Positions 1-7,049 of a stretch of 10,008 nucleotides of DNA are shown one piece after another. The DNA lies in NCBI GenBank assembly GCA_038108555.1, contig JAYNIA010000071.1, positions 1 through 10,008 of the forward strand. The letters are read 5' to 3'. The notes beneath the pieces are model-generated. The model saw nothing but the letters and a program-made list of their open reading frames with translations. It was not told the origin of the DNA and made no database searches. The DNA is from Nitrospinota bacterium (GTDB lineage Bacteria > Nitrospinota > Nitrospinia > Nitrospinales > VA-1). Each line of letters begins with the position of its first letter. The stretch's first letter is position 1. The translations under genes were made by a program, and so were the position numbers.

Positions 1-339
1 TTGATATAATTCAGGGTAACCATCCATTCAAAAAAAATCAAATGTTTAAGGTTCTGGTTATGATAGGAAGATAAAAATGCCGCCGCATTTATTCCCTGCA
101 ATTTCTTGAATATTTTTTAAGGCTTTGAAAAAAAACTTTAAAGAGGATTAGAAGGAACTAAAAGATTTTCATACACACGCTTTTTAGAAGCTAAAAAATT
201 TCTCAGTGAATATGAAAGGGTATTGGGAGGACTACGAAACTCGATTATTCCTAAAGAAGAAAAAACTGAAAACACAGCGTCATATATTACAGGGGCACGA
301 CCCATAAAGTGCACGTGTTTGTGTGTTTTTTCAAAGCGT

Positions 340-819
340 CTATTGATAGTCGCCCCATTTAACGGAGAATACCGATTGCTCGAATGTTGGAGAGGCACTG
401 TAAAAGGCTTCAAAGGCCCCTGAACCATTATTTGCCTCCGAGGTATGCCATTGGCCGTCTGGAAAAGCTGTTAAATCTATCAGCCAAAGCATTCTATCGT
501 CGGTCTTTTTAATAGTGAGAAACCCGTTTTCTTTTTTAAAATCATACAATCCATAAAAAGTAACCGTGGTTCCCGGAGGACCGGAAAGCGTGATGCTATA
601 TTTTCCTTCGGTGTACTGGCAGGGCTCATTCCCCATATCCGGGACATCCCGTCCTTCTTTTATAACAATGGTTTCGAAACACGCTTTGTCTCCGGCTCTA
701 CCGTCCCAGGAGGCCCAGTTCAATTTTTCCTTAAACATGGACAATTCAGCCTTTGCAAAGCTCAGACTTGGAAGGCAGATTAGAAAACTCAATGCTGTTA
801 AAAATATTTTGATTTTCAT
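340..819 (-). CDS. Secreted hypothetical protein, paralog A (possible beta/gamma-crystallin-like fold)
   Basis: 159 aa. Sec signal peptide (MKIK-hydrophobic-SFA|K). AAGGA SD at 828-832. About 105/159 residues identical to the neighbouring 867-1343 product by manual alignment, which supports both as real genes. Confidence 0.9.
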   Translation of the reverse strand: MKIKIFLTALSFLICLPSLSFAKAELSMFKEKLNWASWDGRAGDKACFETIVIKEGRDVPDMGNEPCQYTEGKYSITLSGPPGTTVTFYGLYDFKKENGFLTIKKTDDRMLWLIDLTAFPDGQWHTSEANNGSGAFEAFYSASPTFEQSVFSVKWGDYQ

Positions 820-866
820 TTGGAATATCCTTCTGAAAATGAGTGATTTTTTTTATTTATAAATCT

Positions 867-1343
867 TCATTGAACATCATCGCCCCATTTAATAGAGGAC
901 ACCGATTGTTCAAAAGTTGGGGAAGAATGATAATAGACCTCAAATGATCCCGATTTATTATTGGCTTCTGAGCTATGCCATTGACCGTCTGGGAAGGCTG
1001 TTAAATCCCACAACCAGAGTGTTCGGTCATCTTTTTTCTTAATCGTCAGGAAACCATTTCCTTTTTTGAAACCATTTTTTCCAAAAAAGGTAACCGTGGT
1101 TCCCGCAGGGCCGGAAAGAGTCACATTGAACTTCCCTTCCGTAAATGCGCAGTTCTCATTACGCATATCCGGGACATCGCGTCCATTTTCAATAATAATC
1201 AATTCCATGCAGGCCTGGTCACCTATGCCCATTTGTGAGTAGTTCAAAACTTCTTTTTGCATTACCAATTCGCTTTTGGCAAAACCCATATTTGGAAAGC
1301 AGATTAAAAAACCTAAAGCGGCAAACCAAGCTGAGATTTTCAT
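867..1343 (-). CDS. Secreted hypothetical protein, paralog B (possible beta/gamma-crystallin-like fold)
   Basis: 158 aa. Signal peptide ending GFA|K. GGAGG SD at 1353-1357. Two mature-domain Cys conserved with paralog A. Confidence 0.9.
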   Translation of the reverse strand: MKISAWFAALGFLICFPNMGFAKSELVMQKEVLNYSQMGIGDQACMELIIIENGRDVPDMRNENCAFTEGKFNVTLSGPAGTTVTFFGKNGFKKGNGFLTIKKKDDRTLWLWDLTAFPDGQWHSSEANNKSGSFEVYYHSSPTFEQSVSSIKWGDDVQ

Positions 1344-1497
1344 TTGAAACTACCTCCAATTTATATAAGGATAAAATGAATGGAGTTTTGATTTGCTCCA
1401 TTTTTCCTATATCTGTTAACTAAATATTTTACCGCTTATTAATAGATGGAAGGAAGCTTAATCGGGTAGAAATTGGGGCGGGGTAGGAGATCGCTGG

Positions 1498-1527
1498 AAA
1501 AAATCAGGTTGGTTTTGACCCTGATTT
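1498..1527 (-). terminator. Possible weak intrinsic terminator (or operator) downstream of the lipocalin gene
   Basis: Inverted repeat AAATCAGG (1501-1508) / CCTGATTT (1520-1527) with an 11-nt spacer, running into a T tract on the minus strand. Confidence 0.3.
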
Positions 1528-1663
1528 AAAGCCTATTTTCAAGTGTTTTCAGGGAAAACATTTTTTTTTTAGATGAGCGTTATTCTTTTATATTAAAAAA
1601 TTTTAAGAAATTATTGAGCACCTTTTTGCAATTTTTTCAAATAAATTTGTTGGGGTTGATGAA

Positions 1664-2239
1664 CTATCTGGCAGTCATTTTCAAATATTTTAAGTCAAAT
1701 CCTTTGCTCCTGATTTTTTCTTTTAATGCTTCCAGAGTTTGGTGGTCCATGTTTGGCGACCGGCTCAAAATCCACAAGTATTGGCGTCCAGGTTCGCTGA
1801 CGACAGCATATTGGTAGTTTGCGTCCAGATCAATGATCCAGTAATTTCCTTTGAAGGGCCAAAAAAACTGTACCTTTAATTTTGCATTGGTTATAGGGTC
1901 ATCAATGTTTGCGATACCTATAGCTTCGTTGAGTTCGCCTTCCGGTTCGTGCATGCGACATTGATTGGTCACTTTAATTTTTCCGCCTTCCAGTTTTTCA
2001 TAAAATGCTGTTGAACGGAAACATCCTTCCTCAAACCAATTTGGGTAAAGAGCTATTTCATACCATTTACCCAAATAGCGATCAAGGTCCACATAGGGAA
2101 CGACCTGCAAATCAGGGGAGGGTTTTCGGGGGATAGTGGAGCAACCACTTTGAAGAAGGCAGGCCATTCCCAAAATAAAAAGACAATAAAAAGAATATTT
2201 TTTTAAAAAATCTTTCATAAAACCTTTAAAGGGTTTCAA
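1664..2239 (-). CDS. blc: Bacterial lipocalin (Blc-like lipoprotein); the true start may be the ATG at 2218
   Basis: Lipobox-like LQSGC after a hydrophobic stretch. Lipocalin motifs DLDRYLGKWYEIA, KLKVQFFWPFKGNYWII and YLWILSR. Confidence 0.92.
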   Translation of the reverse strand: MKPFKGFMKDFLKKYSFYCLFILGMACLLQSGCSTIPRKPSPDLQVVPYVDLDRYLGKWYEIALYPNWFEEGCFRSTAFYEKLEGGKIKVTNQCRMHEPEGELNEAIGIANIDDPITNAKLKVQFFWPFKGNYWIIDLDANYQYAVVSEPGRQYLWILSRSPNMDHQTLEALKEKIRSKGFDLKYLKMTAR

Positions 2240-2314
2240 TCTATCCGCTTTAAATTACTTTATTCCCCTCAAAAATAAAAATAAGTGTATCTTTAAGGTT
2301 TAATTTCAACTCCA

Positions 2315-3679
2315 TCAATGAGCCATTAATGTATCTATGACTTTGTAGCGGTAATTAAAAATTTGTTCCAAATCCTTTTTAATTAACCATCCCGCAATCA
2401 GGTCACCTGGAAGACCAAATGGGACTCTGTATAGAACACGGTCTTTGATCAAAGTTCCTCCATTTTTTTCTTCAAACTCATGACTATGATGCCAGTGGTT
2501 GTAGGGACCTTTTACCTGGATGTCCGAAAACCTCCTACCTGGTTTCCAATCGGTGATTTTGGATTGCCATCTCATAGGCAAACCATGCAGAGAAAGGCTG
2601 TAATTAATTTTTGTTCCTTCGCAGATTTCCGGTGTAGACTGGTCGAGGACTTTGAAATTTAAAAATTTGGGCGTGATCTTTTCCAAATTCCTGGCTTCTT
2701 TAAAAAATGAAAAAGTCCTGTTTACAGGTTGAGGAACCCACTGCACCATATTGATTTCATGATAGGTGTGGTCGCAAATTTCCTGCAAGGCCTCTTCAAG
2801 ATGAGGATATTGAAATTCAAACCCGGTATTCATAACTTTTTTGGCAAGAACCCTTTGGCTGTCAAGAAGAAGGTTTGAGAGTTCTCCCAGCCCCACTTTT
2901 AAACCAAAACCAGGGATGGTAAACAAAGTCGGTCGCTTTAATATTTTCCCAAGGGTTGATGTGAACTCCTTGTTCCTGACGGGATGGGGGGCAACGGCAT
3001 TGTAGACACCATCCATGCTAGAATTTTCAACGGCATTAATCAACATGTTTACCAGGTCGTGGACATGAATCCAGCTCATCCAATGCGAGCCATTTCCTAG
3101 CTTACCACCCACACCCAATTTAAAAGGGGGCAGCATTTTATTTAAGGCTCCTCCATCATGGCCGAGCACCATACCTATCCGGCAGGCAACCGTTCGGACT
3201 CCAATGTTTTTTGCCTTAAAAATTTCATCTTCCCATTTTTGGCAGACGTCTGAAAGAAAACCCCTGCCTTTATATTGGGTTTCTGATAAAAACTCCTCTC
3301 CCCGGTTGCCATAAAACCCAATTGCAGATGCAGATACAAAAACATCTGGTTTTTTATCCATATAGGTCATGGCTTCCACCAGTCGACGAGTTGAAAGGAC
3401 TCTGGATTTCAGAATCTTCCGTTTTCGTTCTGGAGACCAGTGCCTATCAGCAATTCCTTCGCCTGCCAGGTTAATTATCGCATCAACATCCTTTAAGACG
3501 CTGGGTGCCAGTCCATATTTTTCCGGATTCCACAAATGAATATTGCAGTGTGCCGGTATATGAAATCTCGCAGTTTCAGGGTTCCTTGTTAAAACTGAAA
3601 TCTCATGACCTTTTTTATTCAGTTTTTTGATGAGTTCTTTCCCGATAAATCCTGTAGCTCCTGATACCATGATTTTCAT
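2315..3679 (-). CDS. TIGR01777/YfcH-family NAD-dependent epimerase/SDR fused to a C-terminal SRPBCC (START-like) domain
   Basis: Rossmann motif SGATGFIG and family motifs INLAGEGIAD, SASAIGFYG, GGKLGNGSHWMSWIH, YNAVAP. The last ~150 aa carry SRPBCC-type motifs NLEKITP and GPYNHWHHSHEF. Confidence 0.92.
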   Translation of the reverse strand: MKIMVSGATGFIGKELIKKLNKKGHEISVLTRNPETARFHIPAHCNIHLWNPEKYGLAPSVLKDVDAIINLAGEGIADRHWSPERKRKILKSRVLSTRRLVEAMTYMDKKPDVFVSASAIGFYGNRGEEFLSETQYKGRGFLSDVCQKWEDEIFKAKNIGVRTVACRIGMVLGHDGGALNKMLPPFKLGVGGKLGNGSHWMSWIHVHDLVNMLINAVENSSMDGVYNAVAPHPVRNKEFTSTLGKILKRPTLFTIPGFGLKVGLGELSNLLLDSQRVLAKKVMNTGFEFQYPHLEEALQEICDHTYHEINMVQWVPQPVNRTFSFFKEARNLEKITPKFLNFKVLDQSTPEICEGTKINYSLSLHGLPMRWQSKITDWKPGRRFSDIQVKGPYNHWHHSHEFEEKNGGTLIKDRVLYRVPFGLPGDLIAGWLIKKDLEQIFNYRYKVIDTLMAH

Positions 3680-3735
3680 AACGACCTTCTTTCTTTATGC
3701 AAAACCGTTAGATTTGAAACCCTATCCCGGCAGAG

Positions 3736-3903
3736 TCAATTAAAATTCACATTTGTTTGGTTCTTTTTATTTTTAGCTTTAGGCAAAACATTCTTGGCCT
3801 GATCTTTTTCAAAGTTCAACCAATGTCTTTTGCTTAACTCTTTAGTTGGAATAATCTTTTTAATATGGTTGTTTGCGTCTAAAACTTTTACCTCGTAAAA
3901 CAT
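3736..3903 (-). CDS. Small basic hypothetical protein, 55 aa (not in the ORF track)
   Basis: Manual translation: MFYEVKVLDANNHIKKIIPTKELSKRHWLNFEKDQAKNVLPKAKNKKNQTNVNFN*. Perfect AAGGAGG SD at 3910-3916, 6 nt before the ATG. Fills the gap between co-directional genes. Confidence 0.8.
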   Translation of the reverse strand: MFYEVKVLDANNHIKKIIPTKELSKRHWLNFEKDQAKNVLPKAKNKKNQTNVNFN

Positions 3904-3935
3904 GGCTAACCTCCTTGAAATTAAGAAATATGTGA

Positions 3936-4511
3936 TTAACCTTTCACCTGCGATTCCTTTAGTAGAATCCTTGCTTCTTCCAGGGCTTTGTTGATATTGG
4001 GCAAGCCTCCTCCTGGAACAAAATCTACATAACGAATAATATTATTTTGATCTGCGACGATAACCGTTCTTCGCAAAACACCTAATCCCTCAATAAGCAA
4101 CCCCGTGTTCTTTCCAAATTGGAGTTCGGGCATGTCTGAAAGAAAAAGCAGATTTTTGATTTTGGTTTTCTTTGCAAACTCCTGCTGGCTTTCCATGGTG
4201 TTGGTGCTAAGGGTGATGATGTCGACATGTTTGTCCAGCCCCCCGTTGGTTTCACTGAATTTGTGGGTTTGTATGTCACATACCGGGGTATTTAGTTTGG
4301 GTACCACACTGATGATTTTTATTTTTCCTTTCAAGTCACTTAAATCTATGTCCAGGTTTCCAAATGCTTTTAACTTGACGCTGGGCAAGGGTTTCCCAAT
4401 CATAAGAACTTTTGCCCTATTCTTTGAAGAGCCAGAGTGGGCCGTCAGGGGAAAAAGAAAAACAAAAACAAGAAGCGTTACAATTCCAGATTTAAAGAAT
4501 TTAGGTTTCAT
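3936..4511 (-). CDS. Tpx-like peroxiredoxin (redoxin family) with an N-terminal signal peptide and a single Cys
   Basis: PxxxTxxC active-site motif (P71-KLN-T75-PV-C78). Conserved Arg in LRRTVIVAD. FGKNTGLLI segment typical of Tpx. Hydrophobic N-terminus ending AHS. Confidence 0.85.
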   Translation of the reverse strand: MKPKFFKSGIVTLLVFVFLFPLTAHSGSSKNRAKVLMIGKPLPSVKLKAFGNLDIDLSDLKGKIKIISVVPKLNTPVCDIQTHKFSETNGGLDKHVDIITLSTNTMESQQEFAKKTKIKNLLFLSDMPELQFGKNTGLLIEGLGVLRRTVIVADQNNIIRYVDFVPGGGLPNINKALEEARILLKESQVKG

Positions 4512-4562
4512 TGTGTTCTCACAGTTCTAGTAAGGTTTTCGATTTGTCTTCTTTTCAATAAA

Positions 4563-4655
4563 GGGAAACCCGGCGAACGGGATTTTCAAATTTTGCGAGT
4601 GGAGAATTTGAAAATCCTGGGCCCCCAACCCCTGAGGTCCTTCGCCGAGTCCCCT
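4563..4655 (-). other. Structured GC-rich intergenic element (multi-stem RNA, terminator/attenuator-like)
   Basis: Perfect 13-bp inverted repeat GGATTTTCAAATT (4580-4592) / AATTTGAAAATCC (4605-4617), nested inside CGGCGAA (4571-4577) / TTCGCCG (4641-4647). The outer stem extends via G-U pairs on the minus strand. Confidence 0.6.
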
Positions 4656-4686
4656 GGATAAAAATTCTTTTTCTAAGTTGTAAAAT

Positions 4687-5661
4687 TTATTTTCCATTCG
4701 CTTTTTGCTTTTCCGTCTGGGTGAAGCTAATTAGAAAATCATAATAATTTTCGAAAGAAGGGATATAGGAAACGCCGGGAATGTGGCCGGGACTTCCTTC
4801 ACCACCCGTTACCATTGAAACTGTTGGGTCGATTTCCTTCCGAAGTTTTTGGAGTTGAATTTCTGCGGTTGTGTAGTCAAAAGTATGCGAAATGCTCAGA
4901 GCCACAATTTCCGGCTTGTAATTTTCTATTGCGGAAATAATTTCGTCGATGGGGTTGTCAGCTCCAAGATAAATTATCTTGGAGCTGGTGACCGAAGTAA
5001 CCACCGCACACATGAGTATTCCAAGAGTGTAGGGTTCTCCGGGAAGAGTCGTGATTAACACCACCGGCCCTTTTTTTCTGATATTTGATTGCCGCCATTT
5101 TTCACTTAGAAAACTAACCATACATTCGGAAGCAAAATGTTCGTGGGATACATTTAATTCTCCTGCTTCCCATCCGCTTCCGATCCTCTCCAGTAAAGGA
5201 ACTGCAAAATCTAGAATAAAATTAAGGGCTCCATGACGTCCCCATTGCTCATGAAAACCGTTTAGCAGGGCGTCATCGTTTCCGCTATGAACCCACTGAA
5301 CCCAGCTCTCAATCAGCATTTCGTTTGAGGTAGATTGGTTTTTCTTTTGTTTAACTGTTTCGGCTTTTGAGTTTGTGAAGGGGACCCTACCCATTAAAAC
5401 CTGAAGCTCTTCCATGCTGGCAGTTACTACCTTGCTGGCCCGGTACCCGGATTCAAGAGCACTTGCAATGGCACGAAGTCGTGGAACCTCCTGCCGAGGG
5501 TACCTTCGATGTCCCGAGGGAAGGCGCTGAGACTGTGGGGCTCCGTATCTTTTTTCCCACACTCTCAGCGTGTGAACTCCTAGCCCGGTCATATTGGCAA
5601 GTTCGCCAATCGAAAGGTAATCTTCCACTGTTGTTAAATTTGTCATTTTCATTTCTTTCAT
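4687..5661 (-). CDS. CarH/LitR-like MerR-family transcriptional regulator with a cobalamin-binding-type C-terminal region (atypical motif)
   Basis: MerR HTH (LSIGELA...TLRVWEKRYG...SGHRRY, matching the CarH RxWERRY signature). W-x9-EH motif (W164, E174, H175). Rossmann B12-binding elements GEPYTLG, YLGADNP, ALSIS, TGG. Alternative starts at 5652 and 5646. Confidence 0.9.
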   Translation of the reverse strand: MKEMKMTNLTTVEDYLSIGELANMTGLGVHTLRVWEKRYGAPQSQRLPSGHRRYPRQEVPRLRAIASALESGYRASKVVTASMEELQVLMGRVPFTNSKAETVKQKKNQSTSNEMLIESWVQWVHSGNDDALLNGFHEQWGRHGALNFILDFAVPLLERIGSGWEAGELNVSHEHFASECMVSFLSEKWRQSNIRKKGPVVLITTLPGEPYTLGILMCAVVTSVTSSKIIYLGADNPIDEIISAIENYKPEIVALSISHTFDYTTAEIQLQKLRKEIDPTVSMVTGGEGSPGHIPGVSYIPSFENYYDFLISFTQTEKQKANGK

Positions 5662-5675
5662 TTAAATGTTTCCAA

Positions 5676-6062
5676 TTAACAATGGATGCTTACCTTTGAG
5701 TCTTTGCTCAGGTTCTTAATCATAGCCACATCATCAATGTCCACGGTCTTGCCCAGCTGTTTGGCGAAAGAAAGACTTTGGACCAGGTCGTAGCCACGTT
5801 TGTCCCATTGATGAATCCGGTCTTCAATCATTCCATCCCTGCCCATAGTGATTTGAATAACGGCGGGGTGTTCCCCGAGGTTTTCAACTACAAAGTTGGA
5901 GCTGCAGCTTGACCTCCAACCCGGTTCAAGGACAATTTGATTCATGGGCGTTATATTCCTGCTTGCGTAGCCCGTACCATCTGCTGCATGAATCGGTGCG
6001 GCCATGCTCAAGGTGATTCCGACTATTCCTGCGATTCCGAGTTTTACAAGTTTGTTAAACAT
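5676..6062 (-). CDS. Secreted hypothetical protein
   Basis: 128 aa. Signal peptide ending PIHA|A. GGAG SD. Operon-like spacing (14 nt to the regulator gene). Confidence 0.85.
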   Translation of the reverse strand: MFNKLVKLGIAGIVGITLSMAAPIHAADGTGYASRNITPMNQIVLEPGWRSSCSSNFVVENLGEHPAVIQITMGRDGMIEDRIHQWDKRGYDLVQSLSFAKQLGKTVDIDDVAMIKNLSKDSKVSIHC

Positions 6063-6098
6063 TTCAGTTCTCCAATCGTTCAGGGTTTAATAGATCTC

Positions 6099-6422
6099 TT
6101 ACATGTTTTCGCTGTTTGAATTTGCCCTAGCTACGCTGGGTGCTACCGCGTGATTTAGTACCTTGATCCCTGAGACAGTCTTTTCAATTAAAAACTGATG
6201 ACCCTGGATGGTTGTTTGAAAAGTGTTTCCTGCTTTAATTTCATATTCTTCTAACAGGGATTGCTCGAATGCGTTGAGTCCAACCAATACATTTTTTTCG
6301 TTTTGTACCATTGCCCTAACGATTTTGTCCTGAGTAGTCAGACCAAACGTCCATTCATAAGGAAGAGCGGCGTGGTCATGACCCGGATGGGATGGATGAC
6401 CCATAGAAACTTTTGAGAACAT
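6099..6422 (-). CDS. His-rich repeat domain 2: C-terminal half of a probable single gene 6099-6794, or a separately translated paralog
   Basis: Aligns without gaps to the upstream ORF (28/78 identities by hand). Same reading frame as 6453-6794. No signal peptide of its own. Confidence 0.65.
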   Translation of the reverse strand: MFSKVSMGHPSHPGHDHAALPYEWTFGLTTQDKIVRAMVQNEKNVLVGLNAFEQSLLEEYEIKAGNTFQTTIQGHQFLIEKTVSGIKVLNHAVAPSVARANSNSENM

Positions 6423-6452
6423 GTGAGCCTTCTTAATAGGAACCTGATCGGT

Positions 6453-6794
6453 TTAAGAAACTTTTCCAACCCGGCTTGCGCCAACAATTTTCATTCCTGC
6501 AGAAGTTCTTTCCATTAAAAAATTGATGCCCCGGTTTTCAGTGTTGAATTTGTTGCCAACTTTAATGTCATAATGTTGCAGTTTTTTCTGTTCGAGAGGA
6601 TTGAGGCCAATCAAGGAAGTCGGATTGGCAGAGTCAATACGACTATCCAATTTAGCTTTGAGGTTTTTAGACATGGCCCATTTGTAGGCAACGGTTGAAT
6701 GGTCATGATCTGAGTGGGCCTTTGCGGTAGTTGTTGTCAATGTCATGGTTGCTGCGATTGCGATTGCGCTTAAGATTGTCCGGGCTTGTTTCAT
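6453..6794 (-). CDS. Secreted His-rich protein, repeat domain 1 (N-terminal half of a probable single gene 6099-6794)
   Basis: Signal peptide ending AKA|H, giving a mature N-terminus HSDHDH. AAGGTG SD. Ends at TAA 6453-6455, after which the frame stays open into the next ORF. Confidence 0.8.
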   Translation of the reverse strand: MKQARTILSAIAIAATMTLTTTTAKAHSDHDHSTVAYKWAMSKNLKAKLDSRIDSANPTSLIGLNPLEQKKLQHYDIKVGNKFNTENRGINFLMERTSAGMKIVGASRVGKVS

Positions 6795-6860
6795 TTTGTT
6801 TCACCTTAAATTTAGTAAAAGTTTGAATTTGATCTAAAGTTCTACAATGTTCTAATTTTT

Positions 6861-6889
6861 AATTTAGACATTATTTTAAAATTTTTCAA
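6861..6889 (-). promoter_or_regulatory. Candidate sigma70 promoter for the leftward operon
   Basis: TTGAAA (6889-6884), 17-nt spacer, TAAATT (6866-6861). The AT-rich context lowers specificity. Confidence 0.45.
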
Positions 6890-7020
6890 GGTTTTTTAAT
6901 TTATTTTTATACAAATATTTAGATTTTTTTATAACTATTTGAAATTAAAAGGTTTTTATTTTCAGGAAAATTAAAAAAAAGGGAGAAATCGGCTAAAAAT
7001 AAGAAGGTTTTTGAATTAAA

Positions 7021-7049
7021 TTCTCACTTTTCATTCCAAAATTTAGAAT
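7021..7049 (+). promoter_or_regulatory. Candidate sigma70 promoter for the DUF523-DUF1722 gene
   Basis: TTCTCA (7021-7026), 17-nt spacer, TAGAAT (7044-7049). Confidence 0.35.

Noticed and set aside
138..428. ORFs 138-428 (-) and 223-423 (+), plus a 31-aa ORF from ATG 212
   Set aside because: The longer two overlap the well-supported 340-819 gene, and none has a convincing SD or recognisable motif.
340..1343. DGR-like template/variable repeat or CRISPR-like repeat explanation for the duplicated DNA
   Set aside because: Both copies are complete ORFs with signal peptides and differences spread along their length. No reverse transcriptase, cas gene or repeat-spacer array is present in the window.
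4556..4660. Cobalamin riboswitch (plus strand has AAAGGGAA-ACCCGGCGAACGGG and GCCCCC, next to a B12-type regulator)
   Set aside because: The resemblance is on the strand opposite to the flanking genes, and no B12-box or GCCACUG element is visible. An Rfam scan would be decisive.
6453..6455. Selenocysteine/pyrrolysine recoding or an alternative genetic code at the internal stop
   Set aside because: The codon is TAA, not TGA or TAG, and TAA ends other genes in this window normally.
6839..6852. LexA box (GTTC-N7-GTTC type)
   Set aside because: The spacing here is N6, and the LexA motif of this lineage is unknown.
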